Positions 1 to 12,089 of a stretch of DNA of 64,000 nucleotides are shown here, one piece after another. Under the pieces are notes generated by a model. That model was given only the letters and a program-made list of their open reading frames with translations, was not told the origin of the DNA and ran no database searches. This DNA comes from Lingula anatina (lineage: Eukaryota > Animalia > Brachiopoda): the NCBI GenBank assembly GCA_051362555.1, contig CM120640.1:69666788-69730787 (forward strand), in the 5' to 3' direction. Made by a program: the position numbers and the translations under genes. Position 1 is the first letter of the stretch. Each line of letters starts with the position of its first letter.

Positions 1-840
1 TTTACCATAAACATACTATAAGCATGTTACACAAAAGGATATGTTTAAACTTAAAACCACAGTTACATAGCTGTTTACATGGCTGTTTAAAGTCAGTTTG
101 ATGACATAGATAATTACGATTAATGACAATTACATAAGACAGATAAGTAAATAAATTACACAGATATAAATATTTTGCCATGTTCAGTCCCACTGCCGAG
201 TCACTTCTCACAACAGTGGGACCATACACTGACATTTTAAGGGATATGCTTAGAGTTACGAAGCAGAGCAACCGCTTCACTTCTTTTCTTGAACGATTTG
301 ATTATAAAGTTGGAGAGGGACACTAAAGTATCTTTGTTGGCACTGTTAAATACATGGCATAATTGACTGTCTGGTGACCTTGTATCAGCTTTTAGGATTG
401 AGGTTTTACTAAAAAAGGTGACTCGGTCTGCTTTGTACATTGGGCATTGGAATATAAAATGGTATTCATCTTCAATTACCCCTTGGGTGCACAGGCCACA
501 GATTCTGTCGCACCTTTCAGTTTTCGGCCTGGTGTGCCGCCCAGTTTCGATGTGGAGTTTATGGTATGACGTAGTTTAGCAAGGGTTGACAAGGTGTCGT
601 AATTTGTTATTTTATCAACATAAGTTGCCCTTTCACACTTTTGGTTAAGTATACGGAAGAGAGACAATTTACTGTTGGCTTGAAGTTTGCTATTGCATAT
701 TTGGGTAAAGTGGTCAGTTTGTCTTTGTTTGAAGATTGTGGTGAAGTTTTTTTTAGGTGACTGGCCAAGCCACACATCTCCAAGGCCAAATGTGAAAAGG
801 ATTTTTCGGATCCCCTCAGACCATGACATACATACTGACA
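1..840 (-). mobile_element. 3' portion of a non-LTR retrotransposon (LINE), frameshifted; lies antisense in intron 1 of Ly6 copy A
   Basis: Minus-strand broken frames give a LINE ORF2 C-terminal signature (FGLGDVWLGQ...SKLSLFR...LSTLAKLR...EDEYHFIFQCPMYKADR). Nearly identical sequence recurs on the + strand at ~9010-9470. It abuts the Ly6 intron homology that starts at 841. Confidence 0.75.
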
Positions 841-1969
841 TCAGACTATGCTACTTTAGAGAAAATAAACTTTCAACAAGAGTAAACATTAGATTTGTAG
901 GTGTAAAGCTGCCATATAGACTTATAAACCTAAGATATTACTTACTTTTTAAAGCTGCTTTTTTTGCATGGAAATGATTTCATTTCGTTTTTATGATCCA
1001 CGTGACTTTCAATGAAATACAATCTGTCTTATTTCTTATATCTATTTATAAAAATATCTTCTTTTTTACTTGGCAAATAGACATGTGCCTTGCTATTATT
1101 ATGAGATATATGCTAAAAGCGTAAAAAGGATAGGGTTTGTAGAAAAAAAGATGCATAAAAGAAAAAACAAGTTGTAAAATCATTTTATGCGAGATAAACC
1201 TTTAGTGGACTACATGTATTTTATCAAAACTAAATAAAGATAAAAAATGATTAGGTTAACAAAAACACTTTTGCTAAAATTTATGACGCCAGGTTATAAT
1301 TGTAATTAGTAGTAGGTAAGCTTTTGAGCAATTAAAGTTCAGTTGTGTTTTGACGTATGTTATGTGGAAATTGCAAGAAGTAACCCCCTTTAGCAAGAGG
1401 CGCATCAAAAGTAGGCATATAAAAAGTCTGTGCACGCCTTGAAAGTATTAACTGCAGTAGAAAAATAGAAGAATAATCAGTTTATGTATCATTTATAAAG
1501 CTTATCTTTTATTATCTACACTTAATAAGAAATGTATAAAGCTTATCTTTCATTATCTACACTAAATAAGAAATGTCTAAGGCACAGTTTTTATGTAATA
1601 CAGAAAATGAAAAAGTTTAGTCTTAAAATTAAATCAAGAGTCTACACAGAAGAATTTCCATCAGAAAATTAAGTATAAGGTTTTCTTACCTCGTCGCCTA
1701 CCGAATTAAACGCTTTATACTGTAGGCCTACATAGCACCACGAAATCCAAAAATTCTAACGAGTAACTAATTTACCTTTCTAAAGATTTAAAAATTATAA
1801 AAAAGTAAAATAAAGTCCCTTTTATTTAAATATAAATTCCACTGTAAATAAACATACTGTCTAAAGTACATGGGAACCAAATAACGACAACGTCAGTTTA
1901 ATAGATCAGTTTTCATTTTTGTTATATGTTGTGAAATCTAACAGTGACCTTAGATTTTTTTTTTTTTGC

Positions 1970-3115
1970 ACCTGGCGGTACACATGGTTTTAGTCCCGAC
2001 CTGTTTCATCTGCCGGCCTCCTCCGCCATGTCACCGTACCGCCTCTCCCCAGGACTAGACTACAAGAGCCTGTGTTCCCAACTCTTGGATTTAGGTCACA
2101 TATAATCTGAACTCGTTCCGTGTAACTTTTTGCCTTTGTCGGTGCACGGGTCTAGGCGCTCGTCGCAATGCACCCTTGTCCAAAATTAGCAAAATTAAAT
2201 AAATCTCCCAAACCGAAGGAATTATGGGAAAAATTTATAAAGATGGCTGGCCGAAAGTCAAATCTGGAGATTTCAAATATATTCGCTTGGATTTGACCTT
2301 TGACCTTTATTTCAAGGTCAAACGGGGTAGAATTTTCTATAGGCAAGGAGAAGCAGCCATGAGATGACAAAACTAAAAACTCTCTCTAATTCTGGAACCG
2401 TAAATGCTAGAGACCTCTCGTCTTTTGCATTTCATAGAGCTTGTCAAGCACACAACTGGAAGTAGTGTTTGTTTGTTTTCCATACGGTTTAAGAGTTGTA
2501 TATCAAAATGTATGTACATCACAATGTTCAGTGGTGAAAATAAAACGGAAATAACTCCAAATTTAGCAGGGATACGCCCATATTTACTATTGAACTTGAA
2601 TAGAAAGTCCTATTCTGACAATCTAACTCTGACCTTGAAATTGACCGTTGGAATACTTTTCACCATGAACTGAACCTTGCAAATGTTCGGACCCCCTTAT
2701 ATCTCCAAAACTGGCAGAGATACGTCCATAGTTACTATTGAACTTGAGTGGGAAGTCACATACTGCTAATCTGTGACCTTAAAATTGACCTTTGGCCTAC
2801 TTTTCACCATGAACTGAAATTAGCAAAACTGGCACAGATATGCCCACAGATACTATTGAACTTCCTGTGACCTTGAATTTGACCTTTGACGTACTTCTTG
2901 CCATGTGCCGCATTTCACAAATTCGGATTTGACCTTTTACTTTCCCCATGATTTTGTTATAAATTGTTATTTTCAACAAAAAATTACTGCATTTTGTAGA
3001 GCTTTTCAAGTACAATACTGGAAGCGGTGTCCTTTTTTTGTTTTCAATCAAATGCGCTTACTCCAGCTGGTGGTGCCATACCCGGAGACGGTATCGCCCC
3101 TCTGATCCTCTAGTT
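1970..3115 (+). mobile_element. Helentron/DINE-1-like non-autonomous element, 5'-truncated copy
   Basis: Starts ...ctggcggtacacatggtttt, contains degenerate copies of the 146-bp tgaccttgaaattgacc unit and ends gctggtggtgcca...gagacggtatcgcccc...tcctctagtt. Homologous to 50141-52611 and 16942-18303. Confidence 0.7.
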
Positions 3116-3679
3116 AAAATGTGTGAAATGTCTGTTTGTATTCTTTTGATATCTAAATTGATATAGAAAAACGATTTCAAAAATTGCCCAAATTCTCTGA
3201 TGCACTGTTTGAACCGCATAATGGTTTTAGGACGTACAGTGTATGATGGTCCAAGAAACATTCAAGGTTTGATGGCCTTTTTTGGAGGTTGCTTTATGAT
3301 TATTGCAAAATACATTTTATTTAGCGTCTTACGTGGTCTGTCGGTGTCTAGGTCTATCGTTAAGATAAGGAATGTCTGCATTAAAGCCTGTTTGTATGTT
3401 TGGCAGTTTTTGCAGTGATCATAATTCGAGTGGTGTTGTGCATGAAAAACACGCGATATCGTTTCCCTGGTATTTTAATTTCAACCTCGTCTAAAATCCA
3501 TATAAAATGTTCAGTAGACTTTACATGGGTAAAATGAACAGAATAAGATGACTAAAATAAATGAAAAGGTAGTTAAAATAATAAGACAAGAACTAAAGAT
3601 GTGAACTAAAATGTAATTAAATTGATAAGATATTAAAAATAAACTGTACAGTGTAAAAGATAACAGCCAGTCAAATCAT

Positions 3680-3863
3680 GAAATAAAACTTTTTGAAGAT
3701 ATAAGTTTTTAATTCTTTTTTAAATTGTCCTCGGACTCTATTGTTTTTAAATTAAGAGGGAGATCATTCCACTCAATTGGTCCATAGACCTGAAGAGCAA
3801 CGTCACCGTACGCTCTTAATCTGGAATCACAAGGCGTGAATAAAAGCTGGTCAAATGATCTTA
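3680..3863 (-). mobile_element. L2/CR1-type LINE 3' end fragment
   Basis: Minus-strand translation LRSFDQLLFTPCDSRLRAYGDVALQVYGPIEWNDLPLNLKTIESEDNLKKELKTYIF matches the typical L2/CR1 ORF2 C-terminus (LRS...G.RAF...P..WN.LP...FK..LKT.LF). Confidence 0.7.
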
Positions 3864-4821
3864 AGCCACGGTCTCAACCGGACGCACGAATTTCAGGATC
3901 GTACGTCCCCTGCAATTTTTGGATGTTGCGGAGGCCATGGAGGTCATAGAGGAAGAGGAAAGTCTGCCTTGCGAGTCGCAAGTGCCACATGAGATGTCCT
4001 TTCAAGCAGGGACGCAAAGAGCGATGGCCGTGGAAATAGTACTTATTTCTTGAGTTTGTCTTGCTTCCTGTGTACGTGGCACACACTCACCACTTACGAA
4101 GGGAATGCAACGCACGACGAAAGTAGTGCCCCTTTGCGTCAGTTTTGCTTCACACTTGCCTCACACGTTTGTGGTGACGTACTGACGGCTTACGTCAGTT
4201 TTGCTTCCTGTTCTCCTCTTCTTTCTTCTTCCTCCTCCCTTTTCTCTACTATGTAAGCTTTTTTCTCTTACCTTTTGGAGGCATATTAGAAACTTGAGCA
4301 AAAATTTGAAAATATTGAAAGTTCTTGTACTCGTTACACAGTCGAAGTTCATTGTAAAGACACGAGCGTGCGTCGTGAACACGCCTTTTATACACCAGGC
4401 GTGGGGGTGACGCACGTGCGACGCATTCCCGGTGTGCTCTCGACTTTGTTCGTTAGTTGTGAGGGCGTGCGCCTTACTCAACACGCAAAGGGCACTTGCT
4501 CCTTTATTGCTTGCGACGTGCGTCTTGCACAACGCGCGTCTCTCTTGCTAACTCCGTGCGAGGGGAGCAAGTTACGCATGCGGCCTCTCTGTTCGCAGGC
4601 TATTCGTAGAATCTTTTGGACATGTCCAACATCCTCCGTATGTGCTTACGGGCTGTCTGCGAACTCGAAATTTCGTAAGAAGGACTTGCGTCAATCGATT
4701 TCGTGCTGGTTTGTTGGACAGGGAGGCGGGTCATGCTATTTATATGCGAAGTCCTCCAACTGCGCAAAATTTGGACGCAAACAGCCCGTAAGAGCCCGTA
4801 CGGCCGGTTGAGACCGAGGCT
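3864..4821. mobile_element. PIF/Harbinger-like non-autonomous DNA transposon
   Basis: Imperfect terminal inverted repeats agccacggtctcaaccggacg / cgtacggccggttgagaccgaggct, TTA on both sides (3861-3863, 4822-4824), CpG-rich interior. Confidence 0.7.
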
Positions 4822-4943
4822 TTAGAGGGGACACACTTCAAATATGGGGACACACTACAAAGCTTGCCGTCTAATCCGCTAATAGACACTGAATAGATAT
4901 CCCGTGGGGAAGTATCAAGTGGGTCGGCCATATTTGACCCTTA

Positions 4944-5468
4944 GGCTTCGTTCACATGGAAAGTCTATTTTCTAAAATCTATTTTCTATTCGCGGTATAT
5001 CTTGTGGTCACGGTCTGTGCCCTAAATATCCCGCGGCGTAATTACTGGCAGCGCGAGCCAGTTACTTCCAAAGCTGTAATTAATTCTCGGCTGTGCTCGG
5101 AGGAGATTCTGATACCTTGACGCATGCGCAGGAGGACGTTAGAAAGTTAATGACGGTCGCGGTTGCTTTGAAAAATGTGTTTGTCGATTTTGTGCAACAA
5201 CAAGACGAAGAAGATGAAGAAGCTATACACACGACAGATACGAGTGCAACCGTCATGATCCGATGGCAAGCGATGCGGCAATGGAGGATGAGGTTTTATA
5301 GAATGCGAGCACAGCCGAGAATTAATTACAGCTTTGTATAATTCCCTGGTATAAGTAACTGGCTCGCGCTGCCAGTAATTACGCCGCGGGATATTCAGGG
5401 CACAGGCCATGATCATAAGATACCGCGAATAGAAAAGAGATTTTTAGACTTTCCATGTGAACGAAGCC
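4944..5468. mobile_element. PIF/Harbinger-like MITE with long inverted arms, nested in an older MITE
   Basis: TIR ggcttcgttcacatggaaagtcta / tagactttccatgtgaacgaagcc, arms complementary for ~150 bp, TTA target duplication (4941-4943, 5469-5471). The host sequence (4836-4940) is homologous to the MITE at 29429-29603. Confidence 0.8.
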
Positions 5469-5690
5469 TTAGGCTTCCGAATGGGCTGAAACAGACGGCA
5501 TGCAACTCTTACTTCAATATTGCTTCTGATTGTTCCAATCTGCCTTCCACGCACATACCGACGAACCAACCTAGCTTAAAATATCATCTTATTTAACTAT
5601 GTTATCAGTACTACTACGAGGATTTCTTATTACATCTTTAACAGAAGAGTAAATGGCGCATTAACCCAAATGATTATATTTTTCTTTCAG

Positions 5691-6453
5691 CTAGCGCAGT
5701 GAAGTGTTAAGCCTAGGTCCCCCCTACCCTCTACCAGGGCGAGTGATAGATTTTTTACAGATATTCACAGATATGTCTCTAGCTAGATAGATGGTCATTT
5801 AGGGCTCAACTCATCCTGTTGAGAAATCTCAAGGCTGATTACATGGCTGATAATTGTTTGCATAACTGCTCAGGCACTGCCACTTAGCAGGTCCAGTCTA
5901 AGTCTGCGTGACAGCAATCAAGACAGTTAATTACTCTGACTTCAATCACTTGCTCTACTGTGACAGATAAAAAAGCCTAAGACTGGTTATGTAACGAGCA
6001 GTTATCACATCGTTGTGAATCTCAGCTCATGCAGAGCAAGTACAAAGCCTTTGGCGCGCGCGCAGAGATAATTGTTTCCACATGGGATTCCTCAACAGGG
6101 TGAGTTGAGCCCTAAATGACCATCTATCTAGCTAGAGACATATCTGTGAATATCTGTAAAAAATCTATCACCGCCCTGGTAGAGGGTAGGTCCCAACCAC
6201 GTTTTGGACGCACGGTTTTTTAGTTCCTTGCGTCCGGCTAGGATGTAGCTAGATCGCAGAGGAATCAAATAACTGGTGAAAAGTGGTGCTGTTTGCGTCC
6301 TCCAAAAGTTGCACGATGGACGGGCTCCTCACGCACGAACTCCCACGTTTTCCCCATTTTTTTGGCCGTAGACCACACGTAGCAGCCCGTACGTTCGGTT
6401 GGGACCTATGCTTTTTTTTGTGACGACCCAAACTCGAGTGAAACAACCGAGTG
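5691..6453 (+). pseudogene. Dead duplicate of Ly6 exon 2, interrupted by nested transposons
   Basis: Acceptor tttctttcag|ctagcgcagtgaagtgtta (5691-5709) is identical to the exon-2 start, then is cut by a TIR element (agcctaggtccc...gggacctatgct, ~5710-6411). Exon-like sequence resumes at 6421-6453 (gacccaaactcgagtgaaacaaccgagtg). Confidence 0.65.
5725..6188. mobile_element. Tc1/mariner-like MITE (taccctctaccagggcga family)
   Basis: TIR (ta)ccctctaccagggcg...cgccctggtagaggg(ta) with ~100-bp complementary arms and TA ends. Other copies at 12248-12413, 14162-14310 and ~32241-32371. Confidence 0.8.
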
Positions 6454-6551
6454 TTCATTTTTCATTTATCATTTATCTAAAACATTATTTATGTTTTATT
6501 TATCCAAATATGTGGATAGATAATTTTTCTGTTCTCTTTTCTGTTTCTTTG

Positions 6552-6561
<10 letters not shown>

Positions 6562-6633
<72 letters not shown>
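6562..6633. repeat. (TA)n microsatellite
   Basis: About 35 TA units preceded by (CA)n. Confidence 0.95.
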
Positions 6634-6635
<2 letters not shown>

Positions 6636-6875
6636 AGTGTACATCCATGTATTTTTATATTTATAAAGATTGTTTTACATTTATATTTTTAAATACCTTT
6701 GGATGAAGCAGTGATGTGTGTGTGTATGTGTGTGCGTACGTGCGTGTGTACTCTTGCCTGCTCTTGATAATATGGGGAAGTGCGGGGATATGCGATGGCT
6801 ACCCATCGACACCATCTTAGTTATCAGTACTACTACGAAGATTTCTTATTACATCTTATTACATTTTTCTTTCAG

Positions 6876-6980
6876 CTAGCGCAGTGAAGTGTTACTTATG
6901 CACAAATTGTAACTACCCAAACCCGAATGAAACAACCGAGTGCTCCGCTGGTTGTGCTACAACCACGGTTGACACTTCAG
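6876..6980 (+). CDS. Ly6/uPAR three-finger GPI-anchored protein, copy A, exon 2
   Basis: tttctttcag| ... |gtgaga, phase 1/1, 105 nt: (T)SAVKCYLCTNCNYPNPNETTECSAGCATTTVDTS. Homologous to copy B exon 2. Confidence 0.85.
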
Positions 6981-7189
6981 GTGAGAGAGAGAGAGAGAGA
7001 GTGAGATAGATCCTGTTCATTTTCACCAGCTGAAAATAAAATATTGACATACCTTGTGTGTTTAATACTTTGATATGACAGTTAATACTCTACTGTAAGT
7101 AGTCGAGGCAGTACGGCTTGTATGAAATCGTCCTACCTGTTTTCGGACAAATACAGAATTCTGCACAAGTTCTATTTATCTGTTTCCAG

Positions 7190-7392
7190 TCCACCGTGGA
7201 TGTGTCTTTAATGTGCAGACCAATGGTTGCAAGAATGAGGCTTTAGATGGTCGGAAGGCAAGGGTGTGTGTGTGCAGCGGGGAACTGTGTAACGGCAGCC
7301 CCACAGTGCCCAGCAGTGCCACAGTGTCCAGCAGTCTGCTTGTTATGGGACTGATGTCCACCTTCGCAGCATTCCTCCTCGGAAAGATGTAG
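7190..7392 (+). CDS. Ly6/uPAR three-finger GPI-anchored protein, copy A, exon 3
   Basis: tgtttccag| phase 1: VHRGCVFNVQTNGCKNEALDGRKARVCVCSGELCNGSPTVPSSATVSSSLLVMGLMSTFAAFLLGKM*. CxC...LCN motif, hydrophobic GPI signal, 10 Cys in total with exon 2, open frame. Confidence 0.85.
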
Positions 7393-7602
7393 CAGAAAGA
7401 AAACGGCGGCCTCAGATAATCTTCTGCGATCAACATTTTTTGTAGTTGGAACGTGAAATCTTAAGAAACAATCAAAGTTTTGCAGACTCTAATTTTTCTT
7501 TTTATTCGTTTTTGAAATACTAAATAAGTAATCATATTTTTGTAATTATGTAGTAACAATTAATGTTTCACCTAAATGAAAGGTTGAAATTGCTGGTATA
7601 GT

Positions 7603-8413
7603 TGTCATAATGGTTTTATTTATGCGTAATGATTTAAAGAATTAGTTTAAAGAAAAGCAATATATACTCCAAGCATGAGTTTGATATCTGCAATCATATT
7701 GATTTAGGTGGTATAAAAATAGTTCAAACGAGATACAGACTGGTGTATCTATGGAATGTAATTAGTAACCGGTGAAGGATACCAAAGAAATTCCATTCTA
7801 GTTTCATGTAGTGATTGTTACTTAATTAGTTCTGAATTAAGAATATAGAAAGAGGAAAGTACGCTAAAAGAATGTATCAAAACATAAGGGAGATCGGAGA
7901 ATAAATAGAAATGATCTGCTCGGATAATACAGTGTGCTACCCTTTAAAGGAAAATGTGACCATAGTATACATAACAAAATGTGACGTATAAAAGGGGAAC
8001 TTGATCTGCATTCTAGGAAGATAAAAGCGAAGCCCGCACTTTAGGTTGGACACATACTTACTTACTTACACACTTGCTCACTTATACTTGCGCTTACACT
8101 TGGACACTTAGACACCTAGGCACTTAGACTCTATTTGTTAAAGTAATCTCTTAGAAGCGCCGTTGTCGCACAGGGAGGACCTATACTATCGGAGCAGATC
8201 TGATCAATAGGAAACGAAGGAGTAATTTAGAAGGCGTACTCAGTTGTACCTCTCATCTGTGATCCAATAAAACCCGCTTACCCGGATTGAGAAAGATCAG
8301 GACTTTGTTGTTCTTTTCCTACCTAATATACCCCCGTGTCACGGATCCCGAAGGACGGTAACGCGTCGTAAATAAAAGGGAAGAGAAGATCCACAATTAA
8401 AACACCCGTGACA
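7603..8413 (+). mobile_element. Solo LTR (Gypsy-like, 4-bp TSD) in the 3' region of Ly6 copy A
   Basis: Ends tgtca...tgaca; TAGT duplication at 7599-7602 and 8414-8417; empty site in the paralog at 19531-19541; internal TATAAAA (~7987) and AATAAA (~8266). Confidence 0.85.
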
Positions 8414-9009
8414 TAGTAATTAAAATTATCAGTCTAACTGGATGTTGATTATATTTATTGATATCAGATATTTTCTCTACGCTTTGGACTCAAACTAGAC
8501 GTGGGAATACCTGCGCAGTTTTTCATTTTATTCCTTTGCCACCAGCGCTGGCAAAAAAGAGAGAAAAGGAATGAGAAGTATTACATAAAATGCCATTTTT
8601 GAGTATACATATTATCACTAATTTTTTAAGTGGACGATTTCGTAAAAAAATTTTGTGTTTACACTTTTTATAATTGTACAATAATGAATGATGAATTAGA
8701 GATGGCTCGGTGTGTCTGGGGATCCTTATACAACATTGGTCAAATAGGTTGTCCCACCCCCATTTCCATGTACTTATATTTACAAATGATCACCTCACAG
8801 ATGTAAATTTTTATAAACGGTGCTTTTTATTCCAGATACCATGTCTAACATGATTAATGGTTCAGAAAATACAAAATAGTGGTGAAAATATGCACATTTT
8901 AGACTATTAAGTCAGTTTTATAACAGATACCCCCCCAAGTCCAATGTTTTACTGTGATTTCCACAGATGTAAAGAAATGTCTATTAATGATGTAAAGATG
9001 TAAAGAAAT

Positions 9010-9670
9010 ATCTATTTTTATATTCCAATGCCCAATGTACAAAACAGACCGAGTCACCTTTTTCAGTAAAACCTCATTCCTAAAAGCTGATTCAAGGCCA
9101 CCAGACAGTCAATTATGCCATGTATTTAACAGTGCCAACAAAGATACTTTAGTGTCCCTCTCCAACTTTATAATCAAATCATTTAAGAAAAGAAGTGAAG
9201 TGGTTGCTCTGCTTGGTAACTCTTAGCATATCCCTTAAAATGTCAGTGTATGGTCCCACTGTTGTGAGAAGTGACTCGGCAGTGGGACTGAACATGGCAC
9301 AATATTTATATCTGTGTAACTTATTTACTTATATGTCTTATGTAATTGTCATTAATCGTAATTATCAATGTCATCAAGCAGCCATGTAAACAGCTATGTA
9401 ACGGTGGTTTTAAGTTCTTTAAAAACATATTCTTTTTGTGTAACATGTTTATAGTATGTTTATGGTAAATTTATAATCACACCAAGGTTTATCTCATTGC
9501 TTAGATAGAATATTTTATGAGTAATTTTACTAGTACTTATCTTCATTATATAAAGATGGTAATACACTAACTGTATTGTATCGTCATTTGTATATCATAT
9601 TGTACAAGGTCATGACAATCTATGTACCAGTACAGAAATAAATTGAATTGAAAAAATATTAAATTGAAAA
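9010..9670 (+). mobile_element. 5'-truncated LINE 3' end, same family as 1-840
   Basis: FIFQCPMYKTDRVTFFSK... nearly identical to the reverse complement of 1-460; ends in aataaattgaattgaaaaaa, a simple tail. Confidence 0.75.
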
Positions 9671-9959
9671 GAAACCATCAAATGTCACCAATTTTACACA
9701 CAATTAGGTTTAGGATGTGCTCAATAAAGGTCACGTGCTAATAGCGTGTCTGTCTACCCCGTACTGCCATTATCTCCTGTAGGCGGCGCGGCAAGCCTTC
9801 AGCAAGGGTAAGAATTCAGTTTTGTGGGATACTGTCCTATCCATCCTAAAGAGCGTGGTGGAATTGGTCCAGATTTTTTGGGAATTGGTTCTCCTCTGCA
9901 ATGCACATAACAATTAATGCCACATCAAACATTTTGCATAACATTTTGAGAGTACAAGA

Positions 9960-10151
9960 GATGCGGCAACGGAGGATGAGATTTTATAGAATGCGAGCAC
10001 AGCCGAGAATTAATTACAGCTTTGTATAAGTAACTGGCTCGCGCTGCCAGTAATTACGCCGCGGGATATTCAGGGGACAGACTGTGATAATAAGATACCG
10101 CGAATAGAAAATAGATTTTTAGAAAATAGACTTTCCATGTGAACGAAGCCC
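9960..10151. mobile_element. Partial copy (right arm) of the 4944-5468 Harbinger-like MITE
   Basis: atgcggcaacggaggatgag...ttccatgtgaacgaagcc matches 5272-5468. Confidence 0.75.
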
Positions 10152-12089
10152 AAGTGTATAATGATTGCGCGCAGCGAGTTGAGTGGCGACGGTATGTCTG
10201 GCGACCACATGTATGTTACTGCTCTAGCGAGGGAGATTCCCGGAATATATTGCACTATAAATGAAATTATAGTCTTCGCCAATAATTTAGTATTTATTCA
10301 CAGGCAATTTCGGTAACTTCACGTAATACATTTTTACTGTAGACTGTTACTCCTCATAATACGTTAGGTAAAGTCTAAAGAGGCAGAGTAGGCTTGTTTA
10401 CTATTCTGATTAAGAAGCCATTGATTAGGAAGTTCATGAAGCCATTGTCTTGGTTAGTAGGAAATTCATGAAGCCATTGTCTTGGTTAGATACTAAAGGG
10501 TCTAATATACAACATATCGTCAGAATGTACCTGGGCAAGCGACGAGTGAACATTAAATGATTGAAACTGGTTATTGTTGTCAGCGTTGGATTTCCTCATA
10601 GCGATCTACACGTAACAATTTTTTGACCACGAACTTGGAAGGTATTTACGCGTTATCCAAACTAAAAGTCTTCAACGGTGTCTGTATTTCGAACCTATTT
10701 CTAAATTTGATTTATAGCTAAATTTTGCGCGGTTCCGGACAACGCGTCTCCCACTGCATGCTCAGATAACGTATGTTCGGGTGCCGTGTATTTGTCAGGG
10801 GGAAGATACCGGAGAACTAATAGGTTACCGCAAACAAAAGATAATCTTACAGTTACACGATGCTTGTCTAGAACTGTACGTTATATTTCATACGTAGTTC
10901 TCATGAAATACGTACCAGGCATCTCTAAATTGCACGCACGATGACACATGCTTTCACATTACAAGACTCCAAACTTTGAAATTATCTGCTGCGAATAGTG
11001 TTTGTGAATATATTTGTCAGATACAATTAAAACTTCAGTAAACAAACCAATGCTCTTGATTCTAAATAGAATAGAAAAAGTGATTGCTTCAGTTCCGTTG
11101 GATGGAAAGCGGTGACACCACAGACACAATGACAACAAGCGGAAAGGCATCTCGCCTAAAATGACAAACCTCTTTAGATGGAACCTCTTTATATGGAAAC
11201 CAACCGAGATGGGTTTTTGCACTGAGTGACGCCATATGAAAGTAGAAAACACACGATCTGCGTGTGGCGGGGTTAACTTTTTTTTTTACAAGGGTGAAAC
11301 TCATGCACATGGAATGTCTTCTTAGAAAGCAATACAAAAGTGAAACCGAACTCAAGGTGAATTTGCACTGTCGTACAATAGACTGCCATTCAGAAAACAA
11401 CCAGAAAAACCTCCATTTTAAAAATTTTGTCAGTTTTTATTCGTCATTTGCTAGTCTGCCATTATTTTTTCCACGAAATCTTGGTTGATTTTCACTCTGG
11501 GCTATCCTCAATTATTACCACTGAAAATACAACATTTATCAAAGTGAGGGCACATGACAAGGTGCAAACTGTATCTTTGAACCTAAACTCCAAAGGAAAA
11601 GAATATCAAGGTACCATAAACTAGTCTTAAACCCTTTTTCAAACAGAAAATGTAAGAGGTGACGTTTGACAGTAGATATAAACCATTTTCATTTTACTCT
11701 TTTGCTTCCGAAAATCAACGAACCACAGAGAAAAAATGGATTCTAAACCCATCATAGCGTTAAAAATCAGCTGTGCAATCACGGGACGAATTCAGTTGAA
11801 AATCAAAACTGAGGAAGGAAGTGGTAAACTTAAAAGAATACAGATATCAACGTTATGCTTTTCCATACATGAAGTTTATTTCCGTCTTTATTCTTTTTTT
11901 TCAACATTAATTAATAGTACAGCTAAACATAGAGACGAAAATTAAGCATAGTCTTGAACAAAATTGTTTTATACATAAAAAGACTTTGAACAAATTAGAG
12001 TAAACATTCCAGGTACTCAATATTTGGTACATGAGTGCATTTCAATGTTAAACACAAAAATATCAAACACAGATTAAATAGTTGCGAAA

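Larger units (their letters stand above)
841..8725 (+). repeat. Segmental duplication unit A (Ly6 gene body), paralogous to ~15914-19853
   Basis: Colinear near-identical blocks: 841-3388 vs 15914-18570; 5475-5709 vs 18601-18838; 6870-7602 vs 18814-19535; 8414-8725 vs 19532-19853. They are separated by copy-specific insertions/deletions. Confidence 0.92.

Noticed and set aside
4368-4811. 147-aa ORF and neighbouring ORFs
   Set aside because: Inside a GC-rich non-autonomous transposon; no recognisable domain.
6399-6692. YIYIYI repeat protein
   Set aside because: Translation of a (TA)n microsatellite.
841-8725. Ly6 A/B as an uncollapsed haplotype artefact
   Set aside because: Many amino-acid changes, copy-specific TE insertions and a unique ~7-kb spacer favour a real tandem duplication, though read depth should confirm.
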